Part shown: one piece after another, positions 1 to 10,281 of the stretch
How positions within the stretch are numbered: the stretch's first letter is position 1
Layout: each line of letters begins with the position of its first letter
Source of the DNA: Microbacterium sp.
GTDB taxonomy: Bacteria; Actinomycetota; Actinomycetes; Actinomycetales; Microbacteriaceae
Assembly (NCBI RefSeq): GCF_035687345.1
Contig: NZ_DASRXZ010000124.1
Location: 110 to 64,109, forward strand
DNA length: 64,000 nucleotides
Direction of reading: 5' to 3'
Position numbers and translations under genes: made by a program
The notes under the pieces: generated by a model
Told to the model about the DNA's origin: nothing
The model's input: the letters and a program-made list of their open reading frames with translations, nothing else
Databases searched by the model: none

Positions 1-730
1 GCGCGGGTCGCGAGAGGCACCACGCCGCCGTCGCGGCATCGAACGGGTCGAGCTCCGAGGCGTCCCACGCGAGCATCCCCTCGAAGAGCGCCGGCAGGTC
101 ATCGAGAGCCACGGCGGCCTCGAGCGCTCGCGGATCGACGCGCGTGGACTCGTCGAGCGCCGCGTCCGTGCACAGGACCGCCACCGCCTCGGCGAGCGCC
201 GCGAGCGCGGACGCCACGGCCGAGGCATCCGTCTCATCGACCTCGGGAAGCTCGCTGCCCGACCACTGGTCGCCGTCGGGCTCGGCGAGCCGCTCGGCGC
301 CGGACGGGTCGATCTCGAGCTCGTCGAGTGATCGCGGCGCGGGCTCGGGTCGCACGAACGAGTCCCAACCGTCGTCCGCGACGCACAGCGCGTCGACGAT
401 CCCCAGGCCGCACGCGTCGCCCTTCGACACGAGCGCACGTGCGAGCTCGTCACGGGGCGGTGTGCCGTCGGCGTCGAACGACGCGTCGTCGAACACGACG
501 AGTGCGACGGAATCGGCGGATGCCACGCGGCACACCATGCCGATGCACGTCGCCGCGTACGCCTCGATGTCGGCGCCCTCGTCCGGAAGGTCGAGGCGCA
601 TCGCGCCGAGCGTCCGCGTGCGTGCGAACGGCACGAGCACGAGACTGCGCCGCGGACGGAAGCCGAGCATGCGGGGGAGCAGGGACAGGAACTCCGCGGC
701 GCTGCCCGCGGTGATGATCGTCGTGGTCAT
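1..730 (-). CDS. DUF4192-like protein, 3' end runs off window
   Basis: Manual translation from ATG at 730: MTTIITAGSAAEFLSLLPRMLGFRPRRSLVLVPF...GAMRLDLP, typical DUF4192 N-terminus; absent from ORF track because no stop lies in the window. Confidence 0.7.
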   Translation of the reverse strand, partial: MTTTIITAGSAAEFLSLLPRMLGFRPRRSLVLVPFARTRTLGAMRLDLPDEGADIEAYAATCIGMVCRVASADSVALVVFDDASFDADGTPPRDELARALVSKGDACGLGIVDALCVADDGWDSFVRPEPAPRSLDELEIDPSGAERLAEPDGDQWSGSELPEVDETDASAVASALAALAEAVAVLCTDAALDESTRVDPRALEAAVALDDLPALFEGMLAWDASELDPFDAATAAWCLSRPA

Positions 731-842
731 ACGGCGACGATCCCCGAGGCGGCGGTCGCGGCATCCGCGATCCCACGGTCGTGGGTGAAAGGCCGTGTCA
801 GGCGCGGGGCTGTGCAGGAGGCGTCGCCGGTATCCTTGATCC

Positions 843-1025
843 GTGGACAACTACTGGCTCGCCGTGATCTGGTCGCTGCTGCCGACCGTCGTGGTCAGCG
901 CCATCTTCTTCTTCGTCCTGCGCAGCGTGGTCCGCGCCGACCGCAACGAGCGACGCGAGTACGCGCGCATCGAGGCCGAGGAGCGCGCCAAGCGCGGACT
1001 TCCGCCCGTCGCCGACGCGAAGTGA
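843..1025 (+). CDS. Small single-TM membrane protein (60 aa)
   Basis: Hydrophobic helix then charged tail (RADRNERREYARIEAEER); TATCCT -10-like hexamer 7 nt before GTG. Confidence 0.75.
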   Translation: MDNYWLAVIWSLLPTVVVSAIFFFVLRSVVRADRNERREYARIEAEERAKRGLPPVADAK

Positions 1026-1090
1026 GCCTCCCCGTCCCGTGACGGTCCCTCCCACTACGCTGGTGATCTCGGCTGGGGGAAGGGGGATCC

Positions 1091-2557
1091 GTGATCAGCA
1101 TCACGTTCGACGCGAGCTGGTGGCTGATCATCGTCTTCGTCTTCGACCTCGCGATCCGCATCGCGGCGATCATCGTCGTGCCCCGCAACCGGCGTCCGAC
1201 GGCGGCGATGGCGTGGCTGCTCGCGATCTACTTCATCCCGCTGATCGGCGTCTTCCTGTTCCTGCTGATCGGCAACCCGCGGCTGCCGCGCAAGCGCCGG
1301 CTCAAGCAGGAGCGCATCAACGCGTACATCCGCGACACGAGCGCCTCGCTCGAGCTCGGGTCGCTGCGGCCCGGTCAGCCCGACTGGTTCACGTCGATGG
1401 TGACCCTCAACCGCAAGCTCGGCGCGATGCCGATCACGGGTGACAACGCCGCGCACCTCATCTCCGACTACCAGTCGAGCCTCGACGCGATGGCGGAGGA
1501 GATCCGCACCGCCGAGAAGTACGTCCACGTCGAGTTCTACATCTTCCAGTCCGACGACTCGACCGACAACCTGTTCCGGGCGATGGAGGAGGCGTGCGCG
1601 CGCGGCGTGACCGTGCGGGTGCTGCTCGACCACTGGGCGAACCGCGGCAAGCCGTTCTACAAGGAGACGCTCAAGCGCCTCGACCGCATGGGCGCCCAGT
1701 GGCGGCTCATGCTCCCGGTGCAGCCGCTCAAGGGCAAGTACCAGCGCCCCGACCTGCGCAACCACCGCAAGCTCCTCGTGGTCGACGGCGCGGTCGCGTT
1801 CATGGGGTCGCAGAACGTCACGGACTCGACCTACAACCTCAAGAAGAACATCCGCCGCGGACTCCACTGGGTCGACCTCATGGTGCGCTTGGAGGGGCCG
1901 GTCGTGGCATCCGTCAATGCCGTGTTCCTGTCGGACTGGTACAGCGAGACCGACGAGGTGCTCACCGACGAGATCGACCTGTTCGACGTGAAGTCCGGGC
2001 CCGGCGACCTCGATTGCCAGATCGTGCCGTCAGGGCCCGGGTTCGAGTTCGAGAACAACCTGCGCCTGTTCGCGGGCCTCATGTACTACGCGCAGCGCAA
2101 GGTCATCATCGTGAGCCCGTACTTCGTCCCTGACGAGGCGCTGCTGCTTGCGATCACCACCGCGTGCCACCGCGGTCTGGACGTGCAGCTCTTCGTGTCG
2201 GAAGAGGGCGACCAGGCGATGGTCTACCACGCGCAGCGCAGCTACTACGAGACCCTGCTGCGCGCGGGGGTGCGCATCTGGATGTACCGCAAGCCGTTCA
2301 TCCTGCACGCGAAGTCCATGACGATCGACGACGAGGTCGCGATCATCGGGTCGAGCAACATGGACATGCGCTCGTTCGGTCTCAACATGGAGATCTCGAT
2401 GCTCGTGCGCGGCACCGAGTTCATCGACGAGATGCGCGAGGTCGAGCAGCGATACCGCGACCTCAGCCGAGAGCTGACGATCGAGGAGTGGGAGAAGCAG
2501 CCGCTGCGCTCGACCGTCCTCGACAACCTCGCGCGGCTCACGTCCGCTCTGCAGTGA
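1091..2557 (+). CDS. cls: Cardiolipin synthase
   Basis: Two N-terminal TMs (PLDc_N-like) and two HKD motifs (HRKLLVVD, HAKSMTID). Confidence 0.93.
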   Translation: MISITFDASWWLIIVFVFDLAIRIAAIIVVPRNRRPTAAMAWLLAIYFIPLIGVFLFLLIGNPRLPRKRRLKQERINAYIRDTSASLELGSLRPGQPDWFTSMVTLNRKLGAMPITGDNAAHLISDYQSSLDAMAEEIRTAEKYVHVEFYIFQSDDSTDNLFRAMEEACARGVTVRVLLDHWANRGKPFYKETLKRLDRMGAQWRLMLPVQPLKGKYQRPDLRNHRKLLVVDGAVAFMGSQNVTDSTYNLKKNIRRGLHWVDLMVRLEGPVVASVNAVFLSDWYSETDEVLTDEIDLFDVKSGPGDLDCQIVPSGPGFEFENNLRLFAGLMYYAQRKVIIVSPYFVPDEALLLAITTACHRGLDVQLFVSEEGDQAMVYHAQRSYYETLLRAGVRIWMYRKPFILHAKSMTIDDEVAIIGSSNMDMRSFGLNMEISMLVRGTEFIDEMREVEQRYRDLSRELTIEEWEKQPLRSTVLDNLARLTSALQ

Positions 2558-2636
2558 CGGATGCCGCGGCATCCGCGTTATCGAGCCGTGATCGGACTCC
2601 CTGGCGACGTTCGGCCGGCTCCGGGATGATCGAGGC

Positions 2637-3374
2637 ATGTCTCCGACTCGCCGCGTGACCCTCGCCACCGCCGCCCTGATCTTCGCCGCGCTGCTCGGCG
2701 GGTGCGCCACGAATCCCGGCGCGGTGACCCCGTCGCCGGCCGATGAGACGGCGGGCGAGTCACCCGCGAACGGATCGGATGCCGACGTCGAGGCGGCGTG
2801 GCTCGACGGCGGACGGATGGTCGGCATCGTGACGCAGGGGTCGTCGACGTGTGTGCCGGTGGCCGACGACGTCGAATTGGCGGACGGCGTGCTGAGCGTG
2901 ACGCTCGTCGTGCCCGGCGACCGCGCCCAGCCGTGCACGCGCGACCTCGTTCCGCGTGTGACGCTCGTCGGCCTGCCGGAGCCCGTCGACCCGTCGGCCG
3001 GCCTGCGCATCGTCGTGAAGGGGGACGGCGTCGAGGACGACACGGACCTCGACGGCGTCGACCTGCCGACGCCCGACGGACCGACCGACTACCAGCCGAG
3101 CGCCGGATGGACCGACGAGGACGGTCAGTTCGTCATCCTGACGTGGGGCTCGTCGTCGTGCCCACCCGTCATCGAGGACGTGCAGGCGACCGGCGAGGCC
3201 GAGATCACCGTCACGTTCCAGGAGCCGCCCGCCGACCAGGTGTGCACGATGGACATCGGGCCGCGCGGCAACGTCGCCCAGGTCGACGGTCTCGACGACG
3301 ACTCCGACGTCGAGCTCGTGCTCACCGGAGGGGGAGCGGAGTTCGACGGCATCCGCATCCCGATCGTCGGCTGA
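2637..3374 (+). CDS. Lipoprotein with two tandem Cys-paired domains, function unknown
   Basis: Lipobox LLGGC; internal duplication GSSTC...CTRDLVPR / GSSSC...CTMDIGPR. Confidence 0.8.
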   Translation: MSPTRRVTLATAALIFAALLGGCATNPGAVTPSPADETAGESPANGSDADVEAAWLDGGRMVGIVTQGSSTCVPVADDVELADGVLSVTLVVPGDRAQPCTRDLVPRVTLVGLPEPVDPSAGLRIVVKGDGVEDDTDLDGVDLPTPDGPTDYQPSAGWTDEDGQFVILTWGSSSCPPVIEDVQATGEAEITVTFQEPPADQVCTMDIGPRGNVAQVDGLDDDSDVELVLTGGGAEFDGIRIPIVG

Positions 3375-3375
3375 T

Positions 3376-4326
3376 TCAGCGTGGCTGCGGCGTATCGCCG
3401 ATCATGACGATGACGGCGTTGGTGCCGCCCCACCAGAAGCCGAGTCGCTGCCCGGGCGTCATCTCCTGGGGCCGCTCGTCGGCCGGGATCCACGCGTAGG
3501 GGATGGGTACGACGAGCGCGCTCTCGCTGCGCAGCACGGCCGGCACGCAGCGCCCCCGCGCGCGCTCCTCGCGCGTCACGACGACGCAGTGCTCGCGCTG
3601 GAGCGCGCCATCGGCGCCGGCGATCCACAGGTCCCAGCCGTAGTACTCGCCGAGCGGCTCGACCCATTGGATCGTGCCGCTCGTGGGCACCTCGGGCGCA
3701 TCGGAGTCGGGCAGGTCCACGAAGCTGCCGAACGATCCGTCGAGGGGGATCCGCAGCAGGATCTTCGACGTGAGGTCGCGCGTGAACGAGTACGCCTCGG
3801 GGGCTTCCACGTAGTCGACCTCGGTCGCGGGACCCGCGTCGCGAAGCAGGCTCTGCACGATGCTCGACCCGATCACGGCGGCGGCCACGACGGCGACCGC
3901 GATTCCGGCCACGATCAGCGTGCGGCGACGGGAGCGCGTCGACGTAGGTGCTTCGGCGGGAGGTTCGGTCGCCGAGCTGGGCGACGCGGGCGAACCGGAT
4001 CCCCCGCCCCCGCCCTCGCGCGGACCGCTCGGCACCGCGGTTGCAGCCTCCGCGGGCCGCGCGAGCACCTGCACGCCCGCGGGCCCCGCGTCCTCCGAAC
4101 CCGTGGTCTCACCCGCGGCGCGGACGTCGTACGCCGTGCCTCCGGTCGAGGCATCCGCCGCGGGACCGGCCTCACTCGCGGCGCGAGCGCTCTGCGCGTG
4201 CTCGGCGCGCACCCTGTCCTCGAGCTCGATGAGGCGTGCGAGCTCGTCCGCTCCGAGGGTTTCGGCCGCGGGGCCGTACGCCCGGCGCCTCAGCGCGTCG
4301 AGCTCGGCCCGCTCCGCGGCATCCAT
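3376..4326 (-). CDS. Hypothetical single-pass membrane protein
   Basis: Start trimmed to ATG 4326 ([19 protein letters not shown]), low-complexity linker, TM helix ([17 protein letters not shown]), C-terminal globular domain; abuts upstream GNAT. Confidence 0.7.
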   Translation of the reverse strand: MDAAERAELDALRRRAYGPAAETLGADELARLIELEDRVRAEHAQSARAASEAGPAADASTGGTAYDVRAAGETTGSEDAGPAGVQVLARPAEAATAVPSGPREGGGGGSGSPASPSSATEPPAEAPTSTRSRRRTLIVAGIAVAVVAAAVIGSSIVQSLLRDAGPATEVDYVEAPEAYSFTRDLTSKILLRIPLDGSFGSFVDLPDSDAPEVPTSGTIQWVEPLGEYYGWDLWIAGADGALQREHCVVVTREERARGRCVPAVLRSESALVVPIPYAWIPADERPQEMTPGQRLGFWWGGTNAVIVMIGDTPQPR

Positions 4327-4327
4327 C

Positions 4328-4816
4328 TCACCGCTCCCCGCTCCGCCCGTTGAGCGGCTTGCGGAGGAAGACCTGCTCGACGCCGTCGTCGCCCGGCACG
4401 CGCTGCGACTCGCGGTAGCCCTCGCGAAGGTACAGCCGGAGGTTCGCCTCGCTGAGCGAGCCGGTGAACAGCTCGGCGACGGATGCGCCGGCATCCGCCC
4501 CTCTCCGTTCGACCGCGGCGAGCAGCCGCGACCCGATGCCGCGGCCCTGCACGTCGGGCGCGATGACGAGCCGCCCGATGAGCAGCAGCTCGCCGTCGCG
4601 CTGCGCCCGCACGGCGCCCACCATCCGCGGGCCGAGATGCGCGACGAACCCGAGGTTCTCCCGAAGCTCGGACTCGAGCGACTGGAGCGTCTGCGTGAGG
4701 GCGGGCAGCGACGGCGTGTTGTAGATCCGCGCCTCCTGCACGAAGGCGGCGCGCTGGAGCGTCAGCACCTCGCCCGCGTCATCGGCACTGATCTCGCGGA
4801 TCGTCACGTCGGCCAC
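4328..4816 (-). CDS. GNAT family N-acetyltransferase
   Basis: C-terminal part of ORF 4328..5755; motif [11 protein letters not shown]; TACCGT 6 nt before GTG 4816. Confidence 0.85.
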   Translation of the reverse strand: MADVTIREISADDAGEVLTLQRAAFVQEARIYNTPSLPALTQTLQSLESELRENLGFVAHLGPRMVGAVRAQRDGELLLIGRLVIAPDVQGRGIGSRLLAAVERRGADAGASVAELFTGSLSEANLRLYLREGYRESQRVPGDDGVEQVFLRKPLNGRSGER

Positions 4817-4906
4817 CTTCTCACGGTAGACCCGGCGCGGCGCGCGCGGGAGAGCGCGATCGGGTCCACCAGGCTTCGCGCAGGCGCGTCGCCTACCCTG
4901 GAATCC

Positions 4907-6178
4907 ATGACTTCGTCGCGCCCGCCTGCCCGTGAGACGCGTCCGGCGACCCCGCGGGTGCGCGAGACGGCCCAGGTTCGCCCGGCCACCGAGGGGTGGA
5001 CGCAGAAGAAGGACGCCGAAGGCCGCCCGCTCCTGCAGTTCGCGAGCCCGAAGCGCGGCAAGCCTCCCGTGCACCTCGCCGACCTCACGCCCGCCGAGCG
5101 GGTCGCGAAGGTGACCGAGCTCGGCATGCCCGGGTTCCGCGCGAAGCAGCTCGAGAAGCACTACTTCACGCACTGGACCCATGACCCCGCGGAGATGACC
5201 GATCTTCCCGCGGCGGGCCGCGAGGAGTTCGTGCACGGCATGCTGCCACCGCTGCTCACCGAGGTGCGGCGCCTCGAGACCGACTGCGGCGACACGATCA
5301 AGTTCCTCTGGAAGCTGCACGACGGAGCACTCGTCGAGTCGGTGCTCATGCGGTATCCGGGGCGCATCACGCTGTGTGTGTCGTCGCAGGCCGGATGCGG
5401 CATGAACTGCCCGTTCTGCGCGACGGGCCAGGCCGGTCTCACGCGCAACATGTCGGCGGCCGAGATCATCGAGCAGGTCGTGCGCGCGAACCGTCTCATC
5501 GCCGACGGAGGACTGGGCGACCCGCGCCGCGTCGGCCACGAGGGAGAGCGCGTCACCAACATCGTGTTCATGGGCATGGGCGAGCCGCTCGCGAACTACG
5601 CGCGCGTCATGCAGGCCGTGCGGGTCATGGTCGACAAGGAGCACGGACTCGGCATGAGCGCGCGCGGGATAACGGTGTCGACCGTCGGTCTCGTGCCCGC
5701 GATCACGAAGCTCGCGAACGAGGACATCCCGGTGACGTTCGCGCTGTCGCTGCACGCGCCCGACGACGAGCTGCGCGACGAGCTCATCCCCGTGAACTCA
5801 CGGTGGAAGGTCGACGAGGCGCTCGACGCCGCGCGCGCCTACTTCGACAGAACCGGCCGCCGCGTCTCGATCGAGTACGCCCTCATCAAGGACATGAACG
5901 ACCACCCCTGGCGCGCCGACCTCCTCGCGGAGAAGCTCAACGCGCGCGGTCGCGGGTGGGTGCACGTCAATCCGATCCCGCTCAATCCGACGCCGGGATC
6001 GATCTGGACGGCATCCGAGCGCGACGTGCAGGACGAGTTCGTGCGCCGCCTCAACGACGCCGGCATCCCGACCACGCTCCGCGACACGCGCGGCAAGGAG
6101 ATCGACGGGGCCTGCGGACAGCTCGTCGCCACCGAGGACGACCAACGGGTCGCCGCGGTGACGCCGCTCGAGGTGTGA
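4907..6178 (+). CDS. rlmN: 23S rRNA (adenine-C2)-methyltransferase RlmN (radical SAM)
   Basis: [30 protein letters not shown]; start trimmed to ATG 4907 preceded by TACCCT. Confidence 0.95.
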   Translation: MTSSRPPARETRPATPRVRETAQVRPATEGWTQKKDAEGRPLLQFASPKRGKPPVHLADLTPAERVAKVTELGMPGFRAKQLEKHYFTHWTHDPAEMTDLPAAGREEFVHGMLPPLLTEVRRLETDCGDTIKFLWKLHDGALVESVLMRYPGRITLCVSSQAGCGMNCPFCATGQAGLTRNMSAAEIIEQVVRANRLIADGGLGDPRRVGHEGERVTNIVFMGMGEPLANYARVMQAVRVMVDKEHGLGMSARGITVSTVGLVPAITKLANEDIPVTFALSLHAPDDELRDELIPVNSRWKVDEALDAARAYFDRTGRRVSIEYALIKDMNDHPWRADLLAEKLNARGRGWVHVNPIPLNPTPGSIWTASERDVQDEFVRRLNDAGIPTTLRDTRGKEIDGACGQLVATEDDQRVAAVTPLEV

Positions 6179-6377
6179 GGCTGGCGTAACGCGATATATC
6201 GTGTTGCCGTGACGACGGATGCCGCGGCCGAGGCATCCGCTGCTGAATCGTTTCGCCCTCGGTGAACGCACCTGATGAATGTCTGTGGTGCGTGCCAGGG
6301 TTGAATCCGCATCCCTTCAACTCGTGGCCCCTTCGCGGGCCTCGTCGTCTTTCCCCTCGCCGCCCCCGGGAGTCATC

Positions 6378-8111
6378 GTGCTGGCCAAGCTCCTCGTCCG
6401 CTATCTCAAGCCCTCCGTGTGGCTGCTGCTGGGAGTGCTGCTGTTCCAGTTCGCCTCGGCACTCGCGATGCTGTACCTCCCGAGCCTCAACGCCGACATC
6501 ATCGACAACGGCCTGTCGCGCGGCGACACCGAGTACATCTGGCGCACCGGCGTCCTCATGCTCACGGTCTCGCTCGGGCAGATCGTCGCGTCGATCATCG
6601 CGACCTACCTCGCGGCGAAAGCCGCCATGCGCGCCGGCCGCGACCTGCGAGACGACATCTTCGCGCGCGTCTCCGGCTTCTCCGAGCGCGAGGTGACCGG
6701 CTTCGGCGCAGGCTCGCTCATCACGCGCAACACGAACGACGTGCAGCAGGTGCAGATGCTCGCGATGATGGCGGCGACGTTCCTCGTCTCGGCGCCGCTG
6801 CTGGCGATCGGCGGCATCATCCTCGCGATCGAGCAGAGCGTGAGCCTCTCGTGGATCATCGCGGTCGCGGTGCCCGTGCTGCTGGTCGTCGCCGCGCTCA
6901 TCATCAGCCGCATGGTGCCGCTGTTCCGCACCTACCAGCTGAAGCTCGACGCCGTGAACCGTGTGATGCGCGAGCAGCTCACCGGCATCCGCGTCATCCG
7001 CGCCTTCGTGCGCGAGCCCATCGAAGAAGAGCGGTTCCGCGAGGCGAACACCGACATCATGGTGGTCGGTCGCAAGGTCGGGTCGCTGTTCGTCGTGCTG
7101 TTCCCGGCCATCATGCTGATCCTCAACGTGACCGTCGTGGGCGTCATCTGGTTCGGCGGCATCCAGGTCGACGCGGGCGAGGTGCAGATCGGCACGCTCT
7201 TCGCGTTCATGCAGTACGTCATGATCATCCTGTCGGGTGTCATGATGGCGAGCTTCATGACGCTGATGATCCCGCGCGCTTCCGTGTCGGCCGAGCGCAT
7301 CGGCGAGGTGCTCGAGTCGCAGAGCACGCTCGAGCGACCCGCGCACGGCGTGGTCGAGCAGCCCGAGCCCGGCACGGTCGAGTTCCGCGATGTGACGTTC
7401 ACCTACCCGGGGGCCGAGCATCCGATCCTGTCGGGTGTGAGCTTCCGGGCCGAGCCCGGCCAGACCGTCGCGATCGTCGGCTCCACCGGCGCCGGCAAGA
7501 CGACGCTCGTGTCGCTCATCCCGCGGCTGTTCGACGTCACGGGCGGCGCGGTGCTCGTCGGCGGCGTCGACGTGCGGCAAGCCGACCTCGACGCGCTCTG
7601 GAGCACGATCGGCCTCGTTCCGCAGCGGCCGTTCCTCTTCTCCGGGACGGTCGCGACGAACCTGCGGTTCGGCCGCGAGGAAGCGACGGATGCCGAGCTG
7701 TGGCGCGCGCTCGAGATCGCGCAGGCGAGCGACTTCGTGAGCCAGATGGAGGGCGGCCTCGACGCGCGCATCGCGCAGGGCGGCACCAACGTGTCGGGCG
7801 GCCAGCGGCAGCGGCTCGCGATCGCCCGGGCGATCGTGCACAACCCGCGCGTGCTCGTCTTCGACGATTCGTTCTCGGCACTCGACCTCTCGACCGATGC
7901 ACGGTTGAGGCAGGCGCTGTGGAGGGAGCTGCCCGACGTCACGAAGATCGTCGTCGCGCAGCGCGTCTCGACGATCACCGACGCGGATCGCATCGTCGTG
8001 CTCGACGACGGCGGCGTCGTCGGCCTCGGCACGCACGACGAGCTGCTCGAGACGTGCCAGACCTACCAGGAGATCGTCGAATCCCAGCTCGGAGTGGAGG
8101 CGGCTCGATGA
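6378..8111 (+). CDS. Heterodimeric ABC exporter subunit 1 (TMD+NBD)
   Basis: Six TMs, Walker A GSTGAGKT, signature VSGGQ, Walker B VFDD (degenerate site); GGGAG RBS before GTG 6378. Confidence 0.92.
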   Translation: MLAKLLVRYLKPSVWLLLGVLLFQFASALAMLYLPSLNADIIDNGLSRGDTEYIWRTGVLMLTVSLGQIVASIIATYLAAKAAMRAGRDLRDDIFARVSGFSEREVTGFGAGSLITRNTNDVQQVQMLAMMAATFLVSAPLLAIGGIILAIEQSVSLSWIIAVAVPVLLVVAALIISRMVPLFRTYQLKLDAVNRVMREQLTGIRVIRAFVREPIEEERFREANTDIMVVGRKVGSLFVVLFPAIMLILNVTVVGVIWFGGIQVDAGEVQIGTLFAFMQYVMIILSGVMMASFMTLMIPRASVSAERIGEVLESQSTLERPAHGVVEQPEPGTVEFRDVTFTYPGAEHPILSGVSFRAEPGQTVAIVGSTGAGKTTLVSLIPRLFDVTGGAVLVGGVDVRQADLDALWSTIGLVPQRPFLFSGTVATNLRFGREEATDAELWRALEIAQASDFVSQMEGGLDARIAQGGTNVSGGQRQRLAIARAIVHNPRVLVFDDSFSALDLSTDARLRQALWRELPDVTKIVVAQRVSTITDADRIVVLDDGGVVGLGTHDELLETCQTYQEIVESQLGVEAAR

Positions 8112-10204
8112 GCACCGACAAGACAGCCACCCGCCGCGGCCGCCGGGCCGAGCGCGAGCTCACCGAAGAGGAGAAGCTCGAGCTCGAGCTCGCCGAGCAG
8201 GCGCGCCTGGCCGCCGACGACTGGAGTGGCGGCGTCGCGCCCGGCAAGGCCGCCCACTTCTGGCCCTCGTTCCGCCGGCTCATCGGCCTGCTCAAGCCGC
8301 ACGCGTGGGCGTTCGGGTTCGTGTCGCTCCTCGGCGCGATCGGCGTCGTGCTCGCCGTGCTGTCGCCGAAGGTGCTGGGCGAGGCGACGAACATCCTCTT
8401 CGAGGGCGTCGTCTCGTCGCTCGCTCCCGCGGGTGCCACGAAGGAGCAGGTCGTCCAGGGCCTCATCGACGCCGGTCAGCAGGACCTCGCGAACATCGTC
8501 GAGGCGATGCAGAACTTCGTGCCCGGCGCCGGCGTGAACTTCCTCGCGCTGAGCCGCGTGCTGCTGCTCGTGCTCGTGCTGTACTTCGCGTCGTCGCTCC
8601 TGATGTGGCTGCAGGGCTACGTCATCAACGTCATCATGGTGCGCACGATGTGGCGCCTGCGCGAGCAGGTCGAGGCGAAGATCAACAGCCTGCCGCTTCG
8701 CTACTTCGACCGTGTGCAGCGCGGCGAGGTCATCTCGCGCGTGACGAACGACATCGACAACATCACGCAGATGATGCAGCAGTCGCTCTCAGGCGCGCTC
8801 ACGAGCGTGCTCACCGTGGTCGGCGTCCTCATCATGATGCTGTCGATCTCGTGGCAGCTCACGCTCGTGGTGCTCGTGAGCTTCCCGCTCATGGGCATCC
8901 TGTTCGGTGTGATCGGTCCGCGCTCGCAGAAGGCGTTCGGCATCCAGTGGCGCAAGGTCGGCCGCCTCAACGCGCGCGTCGAGGAGTCGTTCTCGGGCCA
9001 CGCGCTCGTCAAGGTGTTCGGTCGCGAGCAGGCCGCCCGCGAGGCGTTCCGCGAAGAGAACGAGGAGCTCTACCAGGCCTCGTTCAAGGCGCAGTTCCTC
9101 GCGAACATCATGCAGCCCGCGATGATGTTCATCGGCAACCTCACGTACGTCGGCATCGCGGTGTTCGGTGCGCTCATGGTCGCCGCAGGCCAGCTGCGGC
9201 TCGGTGACGTGCAGGCGTTCATCCAGTACTCCCAGCAGTTCACGCAGCCGCTCGCGCAGCTGGGCGGGATGGCGGCGGTCGTCCAGTCCGGCACGGCGTC
9301 GGCCGAGCGCGTGTTCCAGTTCCTCGACGAGGATGAGCAGGAGCCGGATGCCGCCGACGCACCCGCGCCGGTGGAGGGCGACGGGACGATCGAGTTCCAG
9401 GACGTCGCGTTCTCGTACTCGCCCGAACGCCCGCTCATCCACGACCTGTCGTTCCGCGTCGAGCCGGGGCAGACCGTCGCGATCGTGGGGCCCACGGGTG
9501 CCGGCAAGACGACGCTCGTGAACCTCATCATGCGGTTCTACGAGCTCGACGGCGGCCGCATCCTCCTCAACGGGCAGAACATCGCCGAGCTCACCCGACG
9601 CGACATCCGCGCCAAGACCGGCATGGTGCTGCAGGACCCGTGGCTGTTCGCCGGCACGATCCGCGAGAACATCCGCTACGGGCGCGCCGACGCCACCGAC
9701 GAGGAGATCCTCGAGGCTGCGCGCGCGACGTACGTCGACCGGTTCGTGCACTCGCTGCCCGACGGCTACGACACGCTCCTCGACGAGGACGCGTCGAACA
9801 TCTCGGCGGGCGAGCGTCAGCTCATCACGATCGCGCGCGCGTTCGTCGCGCAGCCGTCCGTGCTGATCCTCGACGAGGCGACCAGCTCGGTCGACACGCG
9901 CACCGAGCTCCTGCTGCAGCACGCGATGGCGGCGCTGCGAAAGGGACGCACGTCGTTCGTGATCGCCCACCGTCTCTCCACGATCCGCGATGCCGACCTC
10001 ATCCTCGTGATGGAGAACGGCGGGATCGTCGAGAAGGGCACGCACGACGAGCTCATCGCCGCCGAGGGCGCGTACTACCGGCTGTACAACTCGCAGTTCG
10101 AGCAGGCGGCGATCGACCTCGACGAGGAGTTCCGCGTCGAGGCCGAGGAGGCGACCGCCCGCGCCGAGGGCGAGCCGGCCGACGAGACCGCGCCCGTCAA
10201 TTGA
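8108..10204 (+). CDS. Heterodimeric ABC exporter subunit 2 (TMD+NBD)
   Basis: ATGA overlap with subunit 1; GPTGAGKT, ISAGE, ILDE; start MSTDKTAT at 8108. Confidence 0.92.
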   Translation: MSTDKTATRRGRRAERELTEEEKLELELAEQARLAADDWSGGVAPGKAAHFWPSFRRLIGLLKPHAWAFGFVSLLGAIGVVLAVLSPKVLGEATNILFEGVVSSLAPAGATKEQVVQGLIDAGQQDLANIVEAMQNFVPGAGVNFLALSRVLLLVLVLYFASSLLMWLQGYVINVIMVRTMWRLREQVEAKINSLPLRYFDRVQRGEVISRVTNDIDNITQMMQQSLSGALTSVLTVVGVLIMMLSISWQLTLVVLVSFPLMGILFGVIGPRSQKAFGIQWRKVGRLNARVEESFSGHALVKVFGREQAAREAFREENEELYQASFKAQFLANIMQPAMMFIGNLTYVGIAVFGALMVAAGQLRLGDVQAFIQYSQQFTQPLAQLGGMAAVVQSGTASAERVFQFLDEDEQEPDAADAPAPVEGDGTIEFQDVAFSYSPERPLIHDLSFRVEPGQTVAIVGPTGAGKTTLVNLIMRFYELDGGRILLNGQNIAELTRRDIRAKTGMVLQDPWLFAGTIRENIRYGRADATDEEILEAARATYVDRFVHSLPDGYDTLLDEDASNISAGERQLITIARAFVAQPSVLILDEATSSVDTRTELLLQHAMAALRKGRTSFVIAHRLSTIRDADLILVMENGGIVEKGTHDELIAAEGAYYRLYNSQFEQAAIDLDEEFRVEAEEATARAEGEPADETAPVN

Positions 10205-10281
10205 CCCCGTCGGCGGTGGGTCTGCCGTGAGGCCCACCGCCGGCGTCGGCGCTCGACTCGAGGCCGCTCGAGGCCGGCGGT

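Noticed and set aside
144-788. Ser-rich 214-aa plus-strand ORF
   Set aside because: Antisense shadow of the DUF4192-like gene on the minus strand.
3860-4906. Long N-terminal extension of RlmN in the ORF track
   Set aside because: Overlaps two genuine minus-strand genes; a leaderless start at 4907 gives a normal-size RlmN.
6419-10204. 1261-aa ORF suggesting a fused or frameshifted ABC transporter
   Set aside because: The first 560 aa are an off-frame read-through; two intact half-transporters with an ATGA overlap at 8108-8111 explain the region.
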